DNA of 46,776 nucleotides, from NCBI GenBank assembly GCA_002478575.1, contig DLOX01000003.1, positions 4,261 through 51,036 on the forward strand, written 5' to 3'. Positions 39,183 through 46,776 of the stretch are shown here, one piece after another (the stretch's first letter is position 1; every line of letters begins with the position of its first letter). The notes under the pieces were generated by a model that was not told the origin of the DNA, ran no database searches, and saw only the letters and a program-made list of their open reading frames with translations. This DNA comes from Sphingomonadales bacterium UBA7473. Lineage in GTDB: Bacteria > Pseudomonadota > Alphaproteobacteria > Sphingomonadales > Sphingomonadaceae. The translations under genes were made by a program, and so were the position numbers.

Positions 39183-41797
39183 GCGACGATGTTAACGAGC
39201 CGACCGGGCACGACAATCACTTTCTTTGGAATACCGCCGTCCAAAACCCGCTGCACCTTTTCGGATGCAAGCGCAGCGGCTTCCAAAGCGGCTTTGTCAG
39301 CATCTTTGGGCACCGTCAGTGTATCGCGCAGCTTGCCATTCACTTGCACAGCAATGGTCGCTTCATCATCGATCAAAAGTGCAGGATCATGGTCTGGCCA
39401 TGGCTGATCCGCGACCAAGCCTTCTCCACCCATCGCCGCCCAACCTTCTTCGGCCAGATGGGGGATCATTGGCGCGATCAGGCGGGCCAGCGTGCGGATT
39501 GCTTCGTCCCGCGATGCGGATGGTGCCGCCTTCTCAATCGCATTGACCAGCTCATGCGTTTTGGCGACGGCCTTGTTGAACTGAAGTGCGCTGATGTCTG
39601 CTCCGATGCCTGCAATGGCACGGTGGAGGAGTTTGGTTAATGTTAAATCCTCGCCGGTTACGGGGAGGGGGACCGCGAAGTGGTGGAGGGGAGTTTCAGC
39701 CCCATCCACGCCGGAGGGTCCCACCGCCCCCCCTCCGTCGGCTTCGCCGACACCTCCCCACTTGTGGGGAGGATTTACGCTGTCAAACAACCGCCAGATG
39801 CGGTTCACAAAGCGCCACGTGCCTTCAATGCCGCTTTCGGACCATTCCAGATCACGCTCGGGCGGAGAATCGCTTAGCATGAACCAGCGCACGGCGTCGG
39901 CTCCATAAGCATCGAACATCGGATCGGGATCGACGACATTCTTCTTGGATTTAGACATTTTCTCGATGCGACCAACGGTTACAGCGCGACCATCTTGAGT
40001 TGTCGGGCCGTTTCCGCCCTCGATTATCTCTTCGGGAGACAGCCATTTCCCGTCCGGATCAGCGAAGGTTGCATGCGTCACCATCCCTTGTGTGAACAAG
40101 GCATCAAAGGGCTCAGATATGTCGATCTTACCGATCTTCTGAAGCGCCCGCGTCCAGAAGCGCGCGTAGAGCAAGTGCAAGATCGCATGTTCAATCCCGC
40201 CAATATATTGCCCAACCGGCAGCCATGCCTCTGCCTCAGCCTTGTCGAAGGGCTTGTCATCCGGCTGCGAGGCGAAGCGAATGAAATACCAGCTTGAATC
40301 GGCAAAAGTATCGAGCGTGTCGGTTTCGCGCTGCGCAGGCTCACCGCAATTGGGGCAATTCAAATGCTTCCAGGTCGGGTGACGGTCCAAGGGATTGCCG
40401 GGAATGTCAAAGCTGACATCCTCGGGCAGCACAATCGGCAAATCCTGACGCGGGACTGGCAGAACCCCGCAGAAACCGCAGTGAATGACCGGGATGGGCG
40501 TTCCCCAATAGCGCTGGCGGCTAACGCCCCAATCGCGCAATCGGTATTGGGTCTGGCCTTCACCCCACCCTTCTTGTTCGGCAGTCGCGATGATCGAAGC
40601 TTTGGCCTCGTCCACACTCATGCCGTTCAAGAAATGGCTGTTCACAATCCGGCCGGGGCCAGTGTAAGCAACATCGCCTTCGAATTCCGAGTCTTCATCG
40701 TCACCTTCGGCCACCACGCGGATCACCGGCAAGCGATATTTGCGGGCAAAATCCAAATCGCGCTGGTCATGGGCAGGGCATCCAAAGACGGCACCAGTGC
40801 CATAATCCATCAGCACGAAATTCGCGACATAGACGGGCAAATGCCAGCTTGAATCGAGCGGATGCTCCACGGTCAGGCCAGTGTTAAAGCCCTTCTTTTC
40901 TGCCGTTTCTATTTCCGCCGCTGTCGTGCCACCCAACTTGCAATCCGCGATGAAATCCTGAAGCGCAGGCGCATTGGTCGCCAGCTCAGCGGCGAGCGGA
41001 TGATCCGCTGCTATCGCAACAAAGCTTGCCCCAAACAACGTATCTGGGCGAGTGGTGAAGACATCGATGCCGTCGCCGGTGCCAGTCAAGTTGAAGGTGC
41101 AGTTCAATCCTTTGGACTTGCCGATCCAATTTTCCTGCATCAGGCGGACCTTGTCGGGCCAGCGCTCAAGGCTGCCGAGGCCTTCCAGAAGCTCTTCCGC
41201 AAAATCGGTGATCTTCAGGAACCATTGGTTGAGCTTCTTCTTTTCAACCAGCGCTCCCGATCGCCAGCCGCGTCCGTCGATGACCTGCTCATTGGCAAGC
41301 ACCGTCATATCGACGGGATCCCAATTGACCGTTGATTCCTTGCGGTAGACAAGCCCTGCCTTCAGGAAATCAAGGAAAAGCGCCTGTTCTTGGCCATAAT
41401 AGTCTGGCTCGCAGGTCGAAAGCTCCCGGCTCCAATCAATCGCGAGGCCAAGCCGCTTCAGCTGTTTCTTCATCGCTTCGATATTGGCGCGGGTCCAAGC
41501 GCCGGGGTGGACCTTCTTTTCCATCGCAGCATTTTCGGCCGGCATGCCAAAGCTGTCCCAGCCCATGGGGTGGAGCACGGCGTGCCCGGTCATCCGCTTA
41601 TGCCGGGCCAGCACATCGCCCATCGTATAGTTGCGGACATGGCCCATATGGATGCGGCCCGATGGATAGGGGAACATCTCCAAGATGTAGGATTTCGGGC
41701 GCGGATCGCTTGCCGGCGGCGTCAAGAAGGTCGCGGCGTCGGTCCACGCCTTCTGCCACTTGGGATCAGAACTGAGGGGATTGAAGCGGGAGGTCAT
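39179..41797 (-). CDS. leuS: Leucine--tRNA ligase with an in-frame palindromic insertion
   Basis: MFPYPSG-HMGH, TTRPDT editing domain, KMSKS. Confidence 0.98.
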   Translation of the reverse strand: MTSRFNPLSSDPKWQKAWTDAATFLTPPASDPRPKSYILEMFPYPSGRIHMGHVRNYTMGDVLARHKRMTGHAVLHPMGWDSFGMPAENAAMEKKVHPGAWTRANIEAMKKQLKRLGLAIDWSRELSTCEPDYYGQEQALFLDFLKAGLVYRKESTVNWDPVDMTVLANEQVIDGRGWRSGALVEKKKLNQWFLKITDFAEELLEGLGSLERWPDKVRLMQENWIGKSKGLNCTFNLTGTGDGIDVFTTRPDTLFGASFVAIAADHPLAAELATNAPALQDFIADCKLGGTTAAEIETAEKKGFNTGLTVEHPLDSSWHLPVYVANFVLMDYGTGAVFGCPAHDQRDLDFARKYRLPVIRVVAEGDDEDSEFEGDVAYTGPGRIVNSHFLNGMSVDEAKASIIATAEQEGWGEGQTQYRLRDWGVSRQRYWGTPIPVIHCGFCGVLPVPRQDLPIVLPEDVSFDIPGNPLDRHPTWKHLNCPNCGEPAQRETDTLDTFADSSWYFIRFASQPDDKPFDKAEAEAWLPVGQYIGGIEHAILHLLYARFWTRALQKIGKIDISEPFDALFTQGMVTHATFADPDGKWLSPEEIIEGGNGPTTQDGRAVTVGRIEKMSKSKKNVVDPDPMFDAYGADAVRWFMLSDSPPERDLEWSESGIEGTWRFVNRIWRLFDSVNPPHKWGGVGEADGGGAVGPSGVDGAETPLHHFAVPLPVTGEDLTLTKLLHRAIAGIGADISALQFNKAVAKTHELVNAIEKAAPSASRDEAIRTLARLIAPMIPHLAEEGWAAMGGEGLVADQPWPDHDPALLIDDEATIAVQVNGKLRDTLTVPKDADKAALEAAALASEKVQRVLDGGIPKKVIVVPGRLVNIVA
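39644..39777. mobile_element. MITE/RPE-like palindromic element inserted in frame in leuS
   Basis: Terminal inverted repeats TAAATCCTC...GAGGATTTA; internal hairpins CTCCCCACTTGTGGGGAG and GTCGGCTTCGCCGAC; encodes a low-complexity Gly/Pro peptide. Confidence 0.85.
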
Positions 41798-41813
41798 GAT
41801 TTCAGTCTAAACT

Positions 41814-41924
41814 CTTCGTGATCGTCGTTACGTCGTGCCTTCGTGTGAAACCCTCTCGCACTGCCGCTTGGTTTAAGCGACGACCAATTTCACACGAAGG
41901 CACGAAGGGAGGATGGTCACGAAG
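41814..41924. repeat. Inverted-repeat element (TTTCACACGAAGGCACGA arms) upstream of leuS
   Basis: 18-bp perfect IR 41833-50/41888-905 plus outer CTTCGTGA/TCACGAAG; related to 32065..32195. Confidence 0.8.
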
Positions 41925-41931
41925 TAGAATA

Positions 41932-42420
41932 TCACCCAGCAATCGTTGATCGCCGGAGGTCTCTCGCCTTAGTGAGGATGATTTCTTCAAGCTTTTGCAC
42001 GGTCGCAGCTTGCACAGGCGCGTCGACCCAGCGGCCTTCTTGCGCGACCTGCCGGCTTGCGGCGACGCGCACTGCATCGGCGCGGAGATCCTGATCGAGG
42101 ATCGACACCGTCAGCTTCATCCGTTCGGCCTGATTATTGGGGCTTGAATACCAATCGGTCACAATCACGCCGCCGTTCGAATCGGTCTGCACCAAAGGCA
42201 TGAAGGAAATTGTATCCAGCGCCGCGCGCCACAAATAAGCATTCACGCCGATTTGCGTGACTTTTGAAGCCGCGAGATCAGCTTTTCTCACCTGATCTTC
42301 GTCGTTTTTACCACCGCCAAGGAACGGCACGCCTTTGGCCAAATCCTTCTGAACTGCGGCGCATCCACTGAGGGCGATGGCACTTGCCGCAAGCAAGATC
42401 AGGGGGCGTTTCATGGTCAT
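41932..42420 (-). CDS. DUF3576-like lipoprotein
   Basis: LSGC lipobox, GVNAYLWRAALDT, GGVIVTDWY. Confidence 0.85.
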   Translation of the reverse strand: MTMKRPLILLAASAIALSGCAAVQKDLAKGVPFLGGGKNDEDQVRKADLAASKVTQIGVNAYLWRAALDTISFMPLVQTDSNGGVIVTDWYSSPNNQAERMKLTVSILDQDLRADAVRVAASRQVAQEGRWVDAPVQAATVQKLEEIILTKARDLRRSTIAG

Positions 42421-42613
42421 TCCTCATCGTAATAAAATAGACGTAATAGGGCGCTTATACGCGGGTTTGCGAGCGCCGCAAGCGTAAGCGAGTCGTTCCA
42501 ATGGGGCGGAAATGTGGCAAGCGTGCAACAACGTGCAACAAAGTGAGGCAAAGCACTGGTTTTTGTCCACAGGCTTGCTACATTCGAAGGGAAGGAGTGC
42601 AATTGCGAGTCCG

Positions 42614-43339
42614 ATGAACAGGGTGGTGAAGCTATCGATGGTGACTGTGGCGGCGCTTGGCGCGGCCCTTTTTGCCATGGCTCCAGCCTCCGGTGCCCCT
42701 GAAAAGGCCGGGAAATTCAAGGCTCGTATGCAATCGACCTCCAGTGAAATGGGCTTCTTCACACCTGCTGCTGCTGACCCGCGACTCGCCGCGGCCTATG
42801 CGCGCGGTGGTCTCAACAATCAGGGTTTTCGTTTCACGCCTGTGGGGGCGAGTCGCAATCGCGCTGTGACTGTTGCTGTCCGTGCCAATGGTGCAGCGAA
42901 AGCCAATGGTCTGGTGATGCGTGATGTGCCGCCAGTTTCATCGCTTTCGTCCGCAGCGCCAACGCTTGGCGTGCAGCCTGTGTCCTATAGCCTTGGTGCT
43001 GCGGTCGGCTGGAAGAAGTTCGCGCTGCCTGGTGATCTCAACCGCGTTGATATCAGTGCGCTTGCTGTTGATCGTGACAAGAAAGACAGTGCACCAACGG
43101 CCGCCAAGAAATGGAGCAGCCGGGTTCAAGTTTCGGCTGAACGTCCATTGGGTCAAGCCCCACGGACTCTGACCGGCTCTGAAAGCCTTGCACTTGATGT
43201 GGGCGGTGCTTTCCGTTTGACTCGCAACCTCGATGTAACGGCAGGGGTGCGGTATAAGTCAGAGCGGGATCGGCTTCAGCAAGTGGATGATCGCCGTGAT
43301 AGCCAAGCAGTCTATGTCGGGACAGCGTTCCGCTTCTAA
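42614..43339 (+). CDS. Secreted/outer-membrane porin-like hypothetical protein
   Basis: Signal peptide; amphipathic C-terminal strands ending YVGTAFRF. Confidence 0.7.
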   Translation: MNRVVKLSMVTVAALGAALFAMAPASGAPEKAGKFKARMQSTSSEMGFFTPAAADPRLAAAYARGGLNNQGFRFTPVGASRNRAVTVAVRANGAAKANGLVMRDVPPVSSLSSAAPTLGVQPVSYSLGAAVGWKKFALPGDLNRVDISALAVDRDKKDSAPTAAKKWSSRVQVSAERPLGQAPRTLTGSESLALDVGGAFRLTRNLDVTAGVRYKSERDRLQQVDDRRDSQAVYVGTAFRF

Positions 43340-43367
43340 GGCCCGGCGGGTCCGTTTTCTGTAAGTT

Positions 43368-43479
43368 CCGCTCACCCTGAGCTTGACGAAGCATGTCCTG
43401 AGCGCCTGCAAGGCAGTCGAAGGGGGTTGTTATCACGAGCTCGAAACCGAATGGGCTTCGTCAAGCTCAGCCTGAGCGG
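43368..43479. repeat. Palindromic repeat (CCGCTCA..CTGAGCTTGACGAAG family) carrying the 33-nt insert at 43392..43424
   Basis: Inverted arms CCGCTCACCCTGAGCTTGACGAAG / CTTCGTCAAGCTCAGCCTGAGCGG between convergent genes. Confidence 0.85.
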
Positions 43480-43495
43480 GGTGGAATATAAGCTT

Positions 43496-44038
43496 TCAGA
43501 ATGTGGTTAGCCCGTCAATCGCTGCCCAACCCCAAATCCCAAAGCCTCCCAAAGATCGGGCCTTCGGCTCGGTCATACCACCAAGCGCAATGACCGGCGT
43601 CTTGGCTTTTCGAATCAATTGCCCGAATCTGACCCGACCCAGTGCCTTGGCACCGGCATGGCTGCGCGTTTCGAAGACAGGGGAGACAAACAGCAAATCC
43701 GCGCCCGACCTTTCAGCCGCAATCAGCTCGCGAAAGCTGTGAACGGGGGCCGTACGGAGCCGAATCGCGCGGTGCGTGGAACGGCTATGGCTCCCCACTG
43801 CACGCCAGTGTCTAGCGAGCTTCTCAGGGCCGGCCACCACGACCAACCGTCTGGCCTTCGCGATCCGCTGCACGGCTTTGAACAGGTGCTCACGATCCGG
43901 AGACCCATAGTGGCGAAAGACCACACCTGATCCCTTGGGCAAGGCGGCAAGGCTCGTCCATAAAGCCTCGCCCATGCGCTCGTCTGTCATCAGCCAGAGC
44001 CGCGGGAGAGCACGAGAGGGGGAGTAGCGAGAAAGCAC
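43496..44038 (-). CDS. Thiamine phosphate synthase (ThiE/TenI-like) family protein
   Basis: WLMTDER, SPVFETRSH, VIALGG; start uncertain. Confidence 0.82.
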   Translation of the reverse strand: MLSRYSPSRALPRLWLMTDERMGEALWTSLAALPKGSGVVFRHYGSPDREHLFKAVQRIAKARRLVVVAGPEKLARHWRAVGSHSRSTHRAIRLRTAPVHSFRELIAAERSGADLLFVSPVFETRSHAGAKALGRVRFGQLIRKAKTPVIALGGMTEPKARSLGGFGIWGWAAIDGLTTF

Positions 44039-44060
44039 AGCCGCCCCTATAGCAGCGGCC

Positions 44061-44720
44061 ATGACGCAAACGGAACCACTTGCCGCACTCCAGGCTCAGA
44101 TCGCGATGATTGCCAAACGCTCAGGCAGAAAAGTCGCGGATATCAACCTGATCGCTATCTCCAAAACCTATGGCGCAGCGGCCATTCGGCCGTTGATTGC
44201 GGCCGGGCAACGCCTCTTTGGTGAAAATCGCGTGCAGGAAGCAGCTGCCAAATGGCCGGAGTTGATTGCTGAAACGCCCGATGTTGACTTGCATCTTGTC
44301 GGCCAGTTGCAATCCAACAAAGCAGAGGAAGCAGTCGCGCTTTTTTCGACTATTCACAGCGTGGATCGCTCGTCGTTGATTGCCGCGCTCGGGAAAGCGC
44401 AGCAAAAGCTCGGGAAAAGCCCGCGCTGCCTCCTGCAAGTCAATATTGGCAATGAGGATCAAAAAGGCGGATGCGCCGTGGCGGATATTCCCGCGCTCTT
44501 GGCCGAGGCAAAAGCGGCGGGCCTTGATATGGTCGGTCTGATGGCCGTCCCGCCCGCTGATACCGAAGCCGCGCCCTATTTCGCACTTCTCGCCAAATTG
44601 GCACGCGATCATGGTCTTTCTGAGCTGAGTATGGGCATGTCGGCGGACTATGAGGCTGCGATCATGTTGGGGGCGACCTATATTCGCGTCGGCAGCGCTA
44701 TTTTCGGTGCGCGCGCCTGA
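44061..44720 (+). CDS. yggS: PLP homeostasis protein
   Basis: IAISK, FGENRVQE, GQLQSNK, LSMGMS, RVGSAIFG. Confidence 0.95.
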   Translation: MTQTEPLAALQAQIAMIAKRSGRKVADINLIAISKTYGAAAIRPLIAAGQRLFGENRVQEAAAKWPELIAETPDVDLHLVGQLQSNKAEEAVALFSTIHSVDRSSLIAALGKAQQKLGKSPRCLLQVNIGNEDQKGGCAVADIPALLAEAKAAGLDMVGLMAVPPADTEAAPYFALLAKLARDHGLSELSMGMSADYEAAIMLGATYIRVGSAIFGARA

Positions 44721-44950
44721 TGAGCGGGCCAGTCAAACGTTCCGTCACCATTGCAGGGCATGAAACCTCGATCAGCCTCGAACCCGTCTTTTGGGACGCT
44801 CTCAAACAGGCGGCCGCCGAAGAAGGTCTGCCCATCAATGCCCTGATCGCGCAAATTGATCTTGGCCGAATCAGTGGGCCGAACCCGTCCAATCTCGGCA
44901 GTGCAATCCGCGTCTGGCTATTTCAGCGAGTGAGTAACACGCGCGCCTGA
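44720..44950 (+). CDS. Ribbon-helix-helix (RHH_4) domain protein
   Basis: KRSVTIAGHETSISLE, SAIRVW. Confidence 0.88.
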   Translation: MSGPVKRSVTIAGHETSISLEPVFWDALKQAAAEEGLPINALIAQIDLGRISGPNPSNLGSAIRVWLFQRVSNTRA

Positions 44951-46776
44951 CCCGCGATTTGGGCCAGCATGGCAGGCGTTGGCGTCATCCCGCGCTGGGC
45001 TTGATCGATCATGGCGCGGAAGTCCGAAACGCGCACCTGCTGCCCTTTGATCCATTGCTCAACAGCAGCAACCGGCTTCTTGCCCCCAACGCGCCCCAGA
45101 AAATCGAGCCGCATCGTCTGGAAATCTCGCGCAATGCTGGCCGCCAAGAGCCGTTCCCAAGGGTCCTCAGGGTCAAGCTGCATGGCCACCCCTTGCGCCC
45201 AATCAATCCCAAGCGCATCGCCGATATGGGCAAAGGCATTGGTTAGCCCAACAACATCCTGATTCGTGCGAGTGGCAAGCGCGGCCAAGCCAATTGCTCC
45301 ATCCAGCTCCGCTAAACGCACCAAAGCCTCGGCAATGGGTTCAGGCGCACCAGCATCGGTCAGCCGCCCCGCAAAGGCCATGGTCTGGCGCTTGGCTTCG
45401 GGGGCCAGAAGGTCAGTGCGTTTGGCTGATAGGGTTTGTATCGTCGGGCGATAAGCCTTGATCGCTGCATCTGCTCCACGCCCTTCGACGGCATTGCGGA
45501 GAAGATCGGCCATATGCGCGCGCATTTCGATGGAAACCTGCTCAAACAGCATCAAACGTGTCGCCTCTGGCATCGTGCCTTCGTCAATCTGCGCCCATAG
45601 TTTGCGGAGATCGAATAGATCCTCAGCAATCACAAAGGCTTCGGCAACCGCACCCAGACTTGCGCCTTCCTCTTCGGCCAATTCGAAGGGCTGAATAATC
45701 CCCATCCGGTTGACGATCCGGTTGGCAAGCTTGGTCGCGACAATCTCCTTGCGCAAAGGATGGGCTAAAATCGCACCGCCATGTTTATTCCGCATTTCGC
45801 GCGGGAAAGCGGCAAGCAGATCATCTTCGCAGGCTTTGTCTATGCCCAAATTGCCTTGCTCAATCTCCGCCTGAAGCGCGAGCTTGGCGGTCGACAGGAT
45901 GACGGCCAGTTCGGGGCGGGTGAGGCCCTTGCCATCGGCCGCGCGGCGAAGCAGCTCATCATTGGGGGCAATGCCTTCTACGACGCGATCCAGCTGCCCC
46001 TTGCTTTCGAACCGCTCAAGAATACGAATATGCGCTGGCACATCGCGCTTCCCATCCCGCCCCGCAATGGAGAGGGCCAGCGTTTGCAGGCGATTATCCT
46101 CAAGTACTAGATCAGACACATCATCGGTCATCCGGGCGAGCAAGCTGTTGCGGGCCTTCATTGAAAGTGTGCCGGACCGCACCTCAGCGCCAAGCGCGAT
46201 CTTGATATTCACTTCATTGTCTGAACAATCGACGCCGGCACTATTGTCGATAAAGTCCGTGTTCGATCGTCCACCGCGCAACCCGTAAGCGATTCGTGCG
46301 GCTTGGGTCAGACCAAGGTTCGCGCCTTCGCCGACCACCTTGGCTTGGACATCCTCTGCATTCACTCGGTGCGCATCATTGGCCTTATCGCCGGCGTCGG
46401 CTTGGCTTTCGGCGCGCGCCTTGATGTAAGTCCCAATGCCGCCAAACCATAGAAGATCGACTTGGGATTTGAGGATCGCACCGATGATGGCGGATGGATC
46501 AAGTGCATCCGCTTCAACCCCCAGCATCGCTTTCACTTCTGGCGACAAGGGAATGGATTTCGCTGAACGCGGGAAGATCCCACCGCCCTTGCTGATCAGC
46601 TTGGCATCATAATCGGCCCAGCTTGAACGCGGGAGTTGGAACATTCGAGCCCGTTCGTCCCAGCTTTTCGCTGGGTCTGGATCGGGATCAAAGAAGATGT
46701 GGCGATGATCAAAGGCCGCGACCAGCTTGATCGCTTTCGAGAGCAGCATGCCATTGCCAAAGACATCGCCCGACAT
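44923..46776 (-). CDS. Large NAD-specific glutamate dehydrogenase, 3' part (runs off the window)
   Basis: MSGDVFGNGML, AAFDHRH, GGIGTY, GEGANLG, DNSAGVDCSD. Confidence 0.93.
   Translation of the reverse strand: MSGDVFGNGMLLSKAIKLVAAFDHRHIFFDPDPDPAKSWDERARMFQLPRSSWADYDAKLISKGGGIFPRSAKSIPLSPEVKAMLGVEADALDPSAIIGAILKSQVDLLWFGGIGTYIKARAESQADAGDKANDAHRVNAEDVQAKVVGEGANLGLTQAARIAYGLRGGRSNTDFIDNSAGVDCSDNEVNIKIALGAEVRSGTLSMKARNSLLARMTDDVSDLVLEDNRLQTLALSIAGRDGKRDVPAHIRILERFESKGQLDRVVEGIAPNDELLRRAADGKGLTRPELAVILSTAKLALQAEIEQGNLGIDKACEDDLLAAFPREMRNKHGGAILAHPLRKEIVATKLANRIVNRMGIIQPFELAEEEGASLGAVAEAFVIAEDLFDLRKLWAQIDEGTMPEATRLMLFEQVSIEMRAHMADLLRNAVEGRGADAAIKAYRPTIQTLSAKRTDLLAPEAKRQTMAFAGRLTDAGAPEPIAEALVRLAELDGAIGLAALATRTNQDVVGLTNAFAHIGDALGIDWAQGVAMQLDPEDPWERLLAASIARDFQTMRLDFLGRVGGKKPVAAVEQWIKGQQVRVSDFRAMIDQAQRGMTPTPAMLAQIAGQARVLLTR

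Noticed and set aside
41798-41931. T-box or attenuator upstream of leuS
   Set aside because: No T-box consensus or Leu-rich leader peptide; the structure is explained by an inverted-repeat family also seen at 32065

Overview
Chromosomal origin region of an alphaproteobacterium, most likely Sphingomonadaceae (inferred from gene content and synteny). The core is a putative oriC between the DUF299/PPDK-regulator gene and hemE. To its left lie maf-aroE-coaE-dnaQ-hpf-ptsN. To its right lie hemE-hemJ-rho and mnmE-mnmG-rsmG-parA-parB (four parS sites), then holA-lptE-leuS. The left end carries a four-gene divergent chaperone-usher-like pilus cluster (two DUF4402-type pilins), back-to-back with a type III PKS-methyltransferase-FAD oxidoreductase operon. 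At least four families of short palindromic elements are present. One is inserted in frame inside leuS. An identical 33-nt module is nested after CGAAG in two unrelated host repeats 11 kb apart. No rRNA, tRNA, CRISPR array or transposase was seen. All protein calls come from motif and synteny recognition, without database searches.
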